A stretch of DNA of 64,000 nt from Carpediemonas membranifera BICM (taxonomy: Eukaryota > Protista > Fornicata): positions 277,521 to 341,520 of the forward strand of contig JAHDYR010000014.1 in NCBI GenBank assembly GCA_019828565.1, read 5' to 3'. Positions 19,477 to 28,782 of this stretch are shown here, one piece after another (position 1 is the first letter of the stretch; every line of letters begins with the position of its first letter). The notes under the pieces are model-generated. The model did no database searches. It saw nothing but the letters and a program-made list of their open reading frames with translations, and had not been told where the DNA came from. Position numbers and translations under genes: made by a program.

Positions 19477-21350
19477 TCTCTCCTTATCCTTCTGGTGAAC
19501 ATAGAAAGAGGCGAGGCCCAGGGGGACGAGCTGCGCTCGATAATGTCGCGAGCGAGAAGGTCGTCGATGATGTCGTCGGTCATCTCTCTCAGAGGCTTGG
19601 ACATGTTGTAGGGCTTCGCGGCAACCGGTTCGGCACCTTCCCGCAGCCTCACTATCATGGGCCTGGCCTTGGCTGGGAGGGAGTCTGGCTTCTCAAACAA
19701 CTCTCGATACCGATTCAAAAGGGAACAGACACGCTGCTTTATAGCAGGAATCGTGTCCGCAGTAGCAGTCTCGATTAATGAGTCGACAGAAGAAGGAATG
19801 TCTGCAAGGGGATCGTGTGAAGCGTCAGAGGTTTCGGGACGACCAAGTGTAACCGCGTCGGGGTTGAGGAGCCCCAAGTGAGACGAGATCTCCTCAGAGA
19901 GGATGAGAGGGACATTCAAGTCCGGCATCACATGCACCACACATGTCTCGGAGATAGCGGAAGGAACGCAGCCGGGTCTCTTGTGCGTTATCAGTAACTT
20001 CGCATCGAAGAGGGCCATCGTCTCGGAGTTGTTGGCGGAGATCATGATGTGTCCCGAGGGACGAGTTGCCGGGAATAGGTCCTTAGTCATATCAGACCAC
20101 TCACGCAGACGTAGGTAAGAAGCCTCACTGCACTGATCAGCAAGGGCGGGGAGGTGGGTCTCGTGACCATCGATCGTTATGACAACGTTGGCGGGCTGGC
20201 TATGAGTACCGATGGCGTTCGAATGGCCGCGCTCCGGAGGGTTCGGGTTCAGATAACACTTGTCAGTCGAGTGCTTACCCCACTTCTTGTGGAATGGACA
20301 CCACACGAAGCCCTCGCCGGGACTGACCGACTTGTCAGTGAGATCAGCGATGACAGTGGACGAACCCTTAGCAGAGGTTTGACCAGTGGGTGCGACAACC
20401 TGAGTCTGGGCCGAGGAGGGACCAGTTTGATGAACCTCGGGCTTGGGCTTGACCGTGGGAACGAAGGGTTCAGGCTTCTTGGCAGAGGAACTGTCAGGCT
20501 TGACAGTCGACGATGTCTCAAACTCAATGAGTCGAGCGCGAGTATCCACAAGGACGCGAGCATCTTCGAGTCGTTCCTCGTTGGCGACCATGTCTGCCAG
20601 GATTTCATCGAAAGCAGACTTGCCTAAACGGGCAATCCGGGACCAATGGGCTTGTAGGGTCTTCGGCAAGGTGGCCTTGATAACAGAGGAGAGAGCCTTC
20701 TCGGAGTAGGAGTCTCGCATGCCTAGGATGCGGACGATGAGTGATACACGGTGCGCAAACTTCGCAAGGGCGATCGAGTTGGCGGTTGCTGAAGGCTTAG
20801 CGGCTTCCAAGAACTTGGAGAGCCAAGCCTCGACGATGAGATTGTCGTCGGGCAACACGGCCTGAGAGATAAGGGAATTCAGAGCTTCGTTCAGACTGTC
20901 CCGAGCTTGGGTGTAAGTGACCTCACTCTCCGGAGTGACGTAAGCCTCTTTGCCCTGGGCGAGCTTAAGGACGGCAGAGACCCTGGTGAATTGAGGCAGT
21001 AGGGAGATGGTCCCCAAATGAGGGAGCAACGAAGCGGCGATCGAAGCAACATTGGGATGCTTGATAAGGTGTGCGTCATAGTCGAGGATCAAGCGGAACC
21101 ACCCTTCCTTCGAGGAGGGGAGAGCGCAATGGAAAATCTGGCGTTCGATCGATCCCGGCTTGAAGTCGCAGGGGAAGAGCTTAAAGATAGTCTCGAAAGA
21201 CTCAAGGCATGAAGAATCAAGCGTGGAATCCGAATCAGGGACATCATGGGCACGAACATCGGGCTTCTTCGCGAGAGAACTCACGAGAGTGACCAGATTA
21301 CCTATAGTCTCTTCTAGTGCCGCTATACGAGCGTCATAATCGGACTGCAT
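19443..21350 (-). CDS. Gag-protease plus start of RT of element 1 (-1 frameshift near 19505-19512)
   Basis: Zn knuckle WCPFHKKWGKHSTDKC, protease-like ALADQCSEASY...LILS, and RT entry motif SSSPWASP just before the frame break. Confidence 0.85.
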   Translation of the reverse strand: MQSDYDARIAALEETIGNLVTLVSSLAKKPDVRAHDVPDSDSTLDSSCLESFETIFKLFPCDFKPGSIERQIFHCALPSSKEGWFRLILDYDAHLIKHPNVASIAASLLPHLGTISLLPQFTRVSAVLKLAQGKEAYVTPESEVTYTQARDSLNEALNSLISQAVLPDDNLIVEAWLSKFLEAAKPSATANSIALAKFAHRVSLIVRILGMRDSYSEKALSSVIKATLPKTLQAHWSRIARLGKSAFDEILADMVANEERLEDARVLVDTRARLIEFETSSTVKPDSSSAKKPEPFVPTVKPKPEVHQTGPSSAQTQVVAPTGQTSAKGSSTVIADLTDKSVSPGEGFVWCPFHKKWGKHSTDKCYLNPNPPERGHSNAIGTHSQPANVVITIDGHETHLPALADQCSEASYLRLREWSDMTKDLFPATRPSGHIMISANNSETMALFDAKLLITHKRPGCVPSAISETCVVHVMPDLNVPLILSEEISSHLGLLNPDAVTLGRPETSDASHDPLADIPSSVDSLIETATADTIPAIKQRVCSLLNRYRELFEKPDSLPAKARPMIVRLREGAEPVAAKPYNMSKPLREMTDDIIDDLLARDIIERSSSPWASPLSMFTRRIRREWSWIMFKSTP

Positions 21351-21366
21351 AGCTCAAATTGATCAA

Positions 21367-21453
21367 TTTGGCGTATAAAGCGCTGTGGATGGTACTTCAT
21401 TTAGATTAAATACACACACTAAATACACATCAACTGATTACGAAATCACAACA
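21367..21453 (-). repeat. 5' LTR of element 1 (87 bp)
   Basis: Identical to 16934-17020. Confidence 0.95.
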
Positions 21454-21930
21454 GTGATGTCGCCGTGATCACGCTCGTATTCAGCCACCTGCTCGTCGGT
21501 CAAATTCGTGGTTGCTGACCAATTCACGTGCACACGCAGGCGCCTCTTCATCGCTGGGGTGAGCGACATATAACCGTACTCGATGGTCATGAACCCAGGC
21601 TTGACCGGTGCCATCGGCACGAACGGGACGAGCTTCGGCTCTGGCAGGGCCTGACTGAGCTCGAGGTTCACGGCACGAGTGAGTGTGACCAGCTTGGTCA
21701 CTGCAGCACTCATGCGCGTGACGCACGACAGCACGCCGACGAGGGCCTCGGCCACGGTACCAGTGCGACCCACCCGTTGCTTACAGTACTCGCCCAACCA
21801 GCTCTAAAATGGCGCTGCAATTCCAACGTAGGCTTCCTTGAAGTCCCGGACGAGTGGGGTTATGTCAGGGTCCCTCCACATCGCCAGGTCGCCAATCCAC
21901 CTGCACCGATCCGCTGCCTTTGCCTTCGAC
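21454..21930 (-). pseudogene. Fanzor middle piece (one in-frame TAG at 21804-21806)
   Basis: Joins in frame to both flanking pieces after TSD removal (QQKV|SKAKAA and HGDIT|KLRRVLSVKTDG). Contains FVPMAPVKPGFMTIE. Confidence 0.8.
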
Positions 21931-21934
21931 ACCT

Positions 21935-22018
21935 TGTGGTTTGGAAGAGAAAGAGTTTACGAGTAAAAAGAGGTTTGGACCCTCCCAGGGATATTGGTAG
22001 ATATTAATACTGACTACA
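21935..22018 (-). repeat. 3' LTR of element 2 (84 bp)
   Basis: Identical to 27885-27968. Confidence 0.95.
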
Positions 22019-22721
22019 CTTCCCCCCCATGGCCAAGCAGTCGCGCGGCCATCACCACAACCAACATCTGGTATTACGTGGGGCTAGAGCCACCAATCGA
22101 ACTTGGGATTACGCTCGCTCATGCCGAACCACTATTGGAATTATCGACGGGATAACGACAACCAACTTCTGGGATTACGTCTTATTGCAACCTCCAGGTG
22201 AGGTATTATGCGTAGTAAGGTGTGACCGAAAGATTCGAGGATGATATCAAAAAGATTCGGAAAAGATCTATGCAGCGCTGCTAATTAAGATATGGGTTCA
22301 GGAGCTCCTGTATAAGTATAAAAAGGACGTACCACAGCCCCGCCCCCTCGCGGGCACTCTGGGGCTCGCGCTCGACTCGGGAATTCTGGCCCCGAGCATT
22401 TTTAGGCATTTCGCCATCGCTCATACAGAAAGTTCTGGTACGTTGGGCTGATCCGCCCCATTCTTACACAGTGCCCGAAAAAGGGGTTTTCGAGCCCCAA
22501 TTCGGCTTCGTTGGCGAGTTCTGACTCTTTTTGTTCTGCGCTGTACCGAAAGTTAACCAACATCATAAGCACTGCTCCACGGACGGTAGAAGTCTCGTGG
22601 ACTGTGTTTGAGATATAAATATTGTGAATAGTCCGTCATGGGGATCACTATGGGCACTTCCATTCGTCATTTGGGAAAAGTGCAGGATATGTCGCTTTTT
22701 CCTGAGGAAAAGCGGCCAAAC

Positions 22722-23809
22722 ATGGCGGATACGCGTGCGCTCGACCAAATTCGTGAGCTTTCGATGGAGTTAACTGATGACGATTATCGCAAGGTGCTCG
22801 AAAATGCCCTTGCGACGATTGCTCGGACGCAACGCTATAAGGCCCGCACGATGAGCGCCCTGCAGAAGAGGGCCATCCGCAAGAGCGGCGGGAATGCCTC
22901 CCAGATGCCCATGATGCGGTTTGTGCGCCTCTATTCTTCTTACCTAGGATCTTCACCGTGCCGGCAACTTCCGCTCGGGAGCTCTGCCGTGTGCCGGTGG
23001 GGGGTGTGATGGAGGGGTGCTTCACGAAGCAGGCAGACCAGCTCGCCGATGTGGTTCGACGGTGCTTGGCTGGCTACGTTAACTTCGTTGAGGTGCCCCT
23101 CGAGGGGATCTTCGATCACCTCTCCACCGGCACGCTGTGGAGCAAGGACGCAGGCGGCTTGCTCGATCTGTCAGCCGGCCTGCTGGTCCAGCTCCAGCGA
23201 GAGCATCGTGCGCTCCGCTTCCTGCGGGAGGCGTCTCGCAGCCGTGCCGAAACCGACTCCGGCATAGTCCGCGACGCCGTTGACGCCGGCGTTTTCGATC
23301 TCAAGGGCAACGGCTCAAACAGGTACGTCACCCCGGAGACCCTGTTCTCGCTCTCCCGCGCTCTCGGCTGCGGCCAGAGCCTGGCCCGCCGCACCCTGTA
23401 CCGGGTCGCCGTCTTGGCCCTCGCCCCAGACTACTACCGCTTGTTCCTCCACGGGGAGCGTAGCGAGAACGTCTCAGTCACCGCCACTCACTGGGCCGCC
23501 CTGGTCGCTAACCTCCGCGCCATGGACGAGCTTCCGTCCCTGCCGGAGCGGCTCGGTCTGGCCATGCAGGTCTCTGACCCTGAGCGCGAGTACGAGGTCC
23601 TTGACGTGCTGGGTCACGAGATCCTGACGGCTGGATCCGACCGCCGACTCATTCTTCACGTTCAGTACGCGGGCTACACTGCCCCTACCTGCACTGGTCT
23701 GGACGAGACCCTCGCTGCCGTCAGCGTGGCTCGCGAGTATCTGATCGACTTTGAGCTCGAGGACTGGATCAAGGGCCCTGACGACGAGTCCGATGACGAC
23801 TACCAATAA
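22722..23809 (+). CDS. Antisense accessory gene of element 2 with C-terminal chromodomain-like region; exons 22722-22918 and 22948-23809
   Basis: 29-nt intron gtttgtgcgcctctattcttcttacctag fuses two ORFs in frame (MPMMR|IFTVPATSARE). C-terminus EYEVLDVLGH...LHVQYAGYTAPT. Alternative starts at 22689 and 22638. Confidence 0.75.
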
Positions 23810-23828
23810 ATCTTGATTGAGAATCCGT

Positions 23829-26800
23829 TTACTGCCTGGAGTGCGCAGCACGGTGTAGTTCTCTCTGCTCAAGAAAGTCCTCAAACTTGTCACAGCCATC
23901 GACATTCTCGAATGGCTCCCACGAAGCTTCGTCCGGATCATAGCCCAGCCACTCAACCAAGTATTCGCGATTCTCGACCGGACCGGAGTCGGGCCGGGAC
24001 TTCACAATCTTGCTCGGTATATACTCGGCCGCAACAGTGTTAGCCAAGCGAGTAACTTGCTCCACGGACATGTCGCCGTGATCGAACGGGAGGACCCGGG
24101 AAGCGTCGACCCTGAACTGCTTCAGAGATTCAAGGTCACGCACAGTATAGGCAACAACCTTGTTGTACTCCTGGTGCACCGACACTAGTGCCATTGGGCC
24201 ACGCAGGCCGGCGGCGAATTTGTCGGGTGGTCTGTCGGGGTAAGCCACCAGGACGTACGGAGTCGAAACCGTGGCACGGGCGTCCGGCCTGTACTGCTGT
24301 AGGAGCCGCTTGCTCTTAATGCGCTCGGCAGCCATGAGCCGGTACGCCTTGGCCTCGGACAGCCAGTCCTCTTGCTGGTCAACGATATACGTCTCACCCG
24401 GCGCGATAACGGTAATGTCCTTTGGCACTCGCATCTCGGTGCCATACAGGATCTCGGCTGGGGAGAGTCGAGTAGGGACTCGAGGGGTCGAGTTAACAAG
24501 GTATTGGGCAATCGGTAAGCTGTGGACCCAATCATTGGATCTAAACTGGTAACGACGTGCTGTCAGGATGGACTTAACCGACACATTCGCTCGCTCTACT
24601 AACCCATTCGACTGGGGATGATGAGCCGTCGTCTTTCTCGTTGTAAACCCGAGTCGGGCACTCAGGTCGTTAAAGACTGCGTTGACGAACTGGGATCCTC
24701 CATCCGTCTGCAGTACCTTCGGTACGCCGTATCGGAGGACCCAGTTATTGACAAACGCCCTGGACGTCTCGACCGCTCGGGTAGTCTGGAGCGGGACAAG
24801 CTCAGTCCAACGTGAGCACATGTCTATTACAACGAGGATATACTTATAGGTCGTGCCGTCGACCGTGCACGAGGTAGCGGACATAGTGTCCATGGCCACT
24901 CGGTCGAAGGGGTGCTCGACCGCGGTGTGCAAACCCGCATCGGAAGAGGCCGGGGGCTTACGCCTTAACTGGCATATTGGGCACTTGGCGATATAGTCGT
25001 CCACGTCCTTCTGGCGGACACGTACGCCCCAGTCTCGAAGAAGGTTCTTGGTCGCCCAGGCGGACAAGTGAGCCCCGGCGAAGTGATGCGCCTTCTGCAG
25101 CCTGTCCGCGACTTGGGTATCGAGGGTGTTAGCGAACACGCGAGAAAGGCCATCTGCTGCCCCGTTGTCAACACCCGGAACGTGACGTATGGTGAAATCG
25201 AGGTCAGCTAGTTGGTCGTACCATCTACGGACCTTGGGGTTGATGGACTTGGCCATGAACAGCAGGTTGCGGTGATCAGTACGGATGGTAAAGTGCGTCC
25301 ACGAGAGGAATTTCCGCCAACGCTGGACGGCCAGGATGATTGCGTAGGCTTCCTGCTCTGTGGTACTCCACCTAGTCTGGACCGCGGAGAATGCGTGGGA
25401 CATGAAAGCGATCGGCTGCCCGTCCTGTAGTAATACGGCGCCGCATCCCACGTCTGAGGCATCGGTCATGAGGACATGTGTCGCGTCCGTCTTGAAGTGA
25501 ACGAGGGAGACCCGCTTAAGGAGCTCGGCGATAACGTCGCCCAGGGCCGCTTGCTGACCCGGCCCACCGGGTTCGGCCTTGCCAGCCGACACCTGCAACA
25601 GAGGATGAGCTCGGGACGCGAAGTTGGGCACGAAGTCACGGAAATAATTGAGGAAACCGACGAGTGCCTGTGCGGACCGCTTGCTGGTCGGTAGTTTCAG
25701 CTTCTTAATGTCGTCGATGCGGTCTTCGGCAATCCTCACGGTGTCTCCGGACACGAGTCGACCCAGGAACTCGACCTCAGCCGCGGCGAAGACGCACTTA
25801 TCGCGACCTAGGTGTAGGTCATACTCTTGGCAACGTTTCAGGACGTCCCATAGGTTCCTTATGTAGGAAGGCTCGTCCCGACCCATGACAATAATGTCAT
25901 CGATGTAAATAAGGCACTTCCCTGCCGAGATCAGGTCGGAGAAAGCCTGCTCCATGGCCCACTGGAAATGAGAACCAGCGTTACGCAGACCAAAGGGCAT
26001 AGTCGTGTACTCAAACCGTCCAAGGGGAGTCCCGAAGGCGGTCAGAGGACGAGAACGGTCCGTCAGTGCCACCTGATGGTAGCCGGCCTTGCAGTCGAGC
26101 GTAGCAAAGATGGTATTACCCCTGAGCTTAGCTAGACAATCCTCTATGATCGGGATAGGGTAGTTGAACGGGGGAGTCTTCGCGTTGACCAAACGGAAGT
26201 CGATAACGAACCGGGTACGGTCCTTCCCCTTTGGGACCAAGAATGCCGGTGAGGAGTAAGCCGATGCTGATGGCTGGATGAAGCCATGTCGGGACAGGTC
26301 GTCAAGGTGTTCCTGGAGAAGTGTCTTCTTCTCCGGCGGCATGAAGAACTCGCGGCTAAAGACGGGTTCATCATCAGACAAGACTAGATCGTAAGGGATG
26401 AGCTTACTCGGACGCCCTACTCTGTCCTCGAACAGGCCGACAAACCGCGCGAGCAGTCTGTCCTGAAGGGAAGACGACTTGTCAGACAAGGTGAATAGGC
26501 TCAACTTCTGGGGAGTAATGACCGTTGAGACGTCTTCAGCCTGCTCGGCGTCATTGGCGTCAGACTCCTCGCAGTCGTCAATCTGAGGAAGGATCCCCAG
26601 GGTGACCATATCAGGGTACCCAATGATTAGATCGTACTCTGAGGGTAGGAGGTACGCACGAGTAGTAAAGGTGCACCCACGGGGGACCAGAGCTGATTTG
26701 GCAAAGGTTACTTCGGTGGAAATAGTCTGGTCGACTGTGATGACTCCAGCCGGTGTCGTCACCTCGACCGGGTCACAATGCAGGATCTTTTCGCCGGACC

Positions 26801-27868
26801 TCTCGGCCACTTGCGGCGATATGAAGGTTGCTGACGCGCCACAGTCGAACAACATCGACTCTGCGCTGGTCCTGTATATGGATCCTGACACAATCGGAAG
26901 AGCCTGCGCTCTGCGTTTGCTAGACGCCGCGAAACAAGACAAATAAGAATAGTTCTGGACCTTTATACGGTCACAGAACTCTCTCTTGTGGCCCTCGCGC
27001 CCGCACTTCTCACACTTGGACTTGGGCTTCCGGCACTCGGGGCTGAAATGGCCCTTGCCCCCGCAGTTGTAACAGGTTGGGGTCGTGCTGGTAGGGCGAG
27101 CCCGATCGCGGGACCGCTTGTCCGGGCGGTGATGGTCATGCGGGCGGTCACGACGGTCGTAGGGGCGGTCTCGGCGGTCATCTCGGCGGTCACGACGGTC
27201 GCGCTGGTTACGGCTCTGGCCGCGTTGCGGATGGGCGCCTGGCACGGGCGCTGTCGGACGGCGCGACTGATCGGAGCGGATCGCCTCGGTGAACGGAGCA
27301 AGGTACTCAGCCGACTCGGCTACGTCGCGTGCCGTCTTCATGGTGTATTGCTGGGTCTCCGCCAGTGAGCAACCCTCAGTCTGCTCCTTCAGTCTGTAGT
27401 AGAGGGATTGGCCCTTCACAGCAAAGGCCCGCAAGTAGGCTTCACGAATGGTGTCATCCTCGTCCATGTTAAGGCACTCCAACAAGGTGTTGAACTGCGA
27501 GTTGAGCTTCGACACCTCGAGCGGCGTGAACGCCGCGATGCGCAGCCTGATAAGGTTCAGGCATTGTTCCTTTCTGGTGGGCGCAAGGCAGCGGCGAGTC
27601 GCTGCATGATGATCTTCTCTCTGAGCTTGCGTGATGAAGTGGAAGGTTCGTCGTCATGTTGGTCACCCTGAGGAAGCGGAACCTCCTCTAGGGTCTCTAA
27701 GCCTAGCACTTGTGATGCATAGGACTGGATCTCCGGGCTTATAAGCTTGCGGAGCTTCGCCTTACCTCCTCTAGCCTTAAAGTCACGCAGTGACGTCGTA
27801 AAAGCTACGAAAGCGCTGAATGTTGCCTCTTTCAGGAGCGGCGCTTGTTTTTTCTGTTCTCTACCCAT
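23829..27868 (-). CDS. Gag-Pol of element 2 (one -1 frame break near 27570-27582)
   Basis: Two CCHC knuckles (CYNCGGKGHFSPEC, CEKCGREGHKREFC), protease LFDCGASATF, YIDD, TDASDVG, TDHRNL, TDGGSQF, NGLVER, and chromodomain EYLVEWLGYDPDEASWEP. The 5' ORF 27557-27868 connects via a 1-nt shift. Confidence 0.9.
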
Positions 27869-27884
27869 AGGTAAGTACTAGTAC

Positions 27885-27968
27885 TGTGGTTTGGAAGAGA
27901 AAGAGTTTACGAGTAAAAAGAGGTTTGGACCCTCCCAGGGATATTGGTAGATATTAATACTGACTACA
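27885..27968 (-). repeat. 5' LTR of element 2 (84 bp)
   Basis: Identical to 21935-22018. Confidence 0.95.
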
Positions 27969-28255
27969 ACCTTTTGCTGAGCAATGCTGACGATCTGCTT
28001 GAGGACCTCCTGGTCGAACAGGTTGACCGTCCTCGGTGGGGTCAACGCGTGCGCAGATGCAGAGACGCACGCAAGCAGGCAAGTGAATGTGTACTTAGCC
28101 TGCGTGAAAGAACGCATGCCGGGTTCAAGACTTCCTCTTCCTCGCCGCGGCGCGTTGTTATCGCCTCCACCGTTAATCTCGCCAATGGCCTTGTTAACGG
28201 AAGCCTTCACCGTGTATATCTTGGAAGGCATCGGAGTATATTGAGCTGCCTGCAT
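27969..28255 (-). pseudogene. Fanzor N-terminal piece
   Basis: MQAAQYTPMPSKIYTVKASVNKAI... runs up to the LTR junction and continues in frame at 21930. Confidence 0.75.
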
Positions 28256-28782
28256 CGATCATTTCTTTTCAGGGTTCATCAGCTAGCAGCATACCTCAAA
28301 ACACAAGAAACCAGCATCATACAACACAAAGCGTCTTTTTTTACTACTAGTTACAACCGCTTTCCACCACTAGTGTCTCTCACAACAGACTAAGATGACG
28401 AAGACGACGACGACATGAGTTGGTGCCATCTAGTGCCTTCTTCGAGTCGGGCGAGGGTGCCCTGTAGCCTGTCACGGTACGTCGTCACCGTGCGGGCGAG
28501 CCACAGCTTCACAGAGTTGGCGTATCGGGTGAACCACTTCCGGAGACTGGGACTCACTCTAAACGACTCCAAACGACCTTCGAGCTGCGCGACCAGATCC
28601 CGCGTGGTAGTCTCCCGCCACATCGGCAGAGTGTCGAGCGACTGCACGATGGCCGCGTAGGCCTGACCCGGCTGACCGCCGCGTACATGTGTGAGCAGTC
28701 CGTTGTGGAAGTCGGCGTCATGTAGGGGGAGTTGCCGCGCACAAGATTCCTATCCTAAAACTGCACCAAAAGCTGAAGAGTG

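Larger units (their letters stand above)
16934..21453 (-). mobile_element. Ty3/gypsy chromovirus LTR retrotransposon 1, inserted in the Fanzor gene
   Basis: Identical 87-bp LTRs. 5-bp TSD gtgat at 16929-16933 and 21454-21458. Purine tract next to the 3' LTR. Gene order gag-PR-RT-RH-IN-chromo. Confidence 0.95.
21935..27968 (-). mobile_element. Ty3/gypsy chromovirus LTR retrotransposon 2 with an extra antisense gene, inserted in the Fanzor gene
   Basis: Identical 84-bp TG...CA LTRs. 4-bp TSD acct at 21931-21934 and 27969-27972. PPT gggggggaag next to the 3' LTR. Confidence 0.95.

Noticed and set aside
19495-19515. Programmed -1 frameshift in element 1
   Set aside because: The break lies inside the RT entry motif (WASP/SFYV) with no slippery heptamer. 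A 1-nt deletion or sequencing error is more likely.
27557-27590. Programmed frameshift in element 2
   Set aside because: It falls in the N-terminal part of gag and is fixed by one extra C in a C run. Homopolymer indels among array copies suggest read errors are present.
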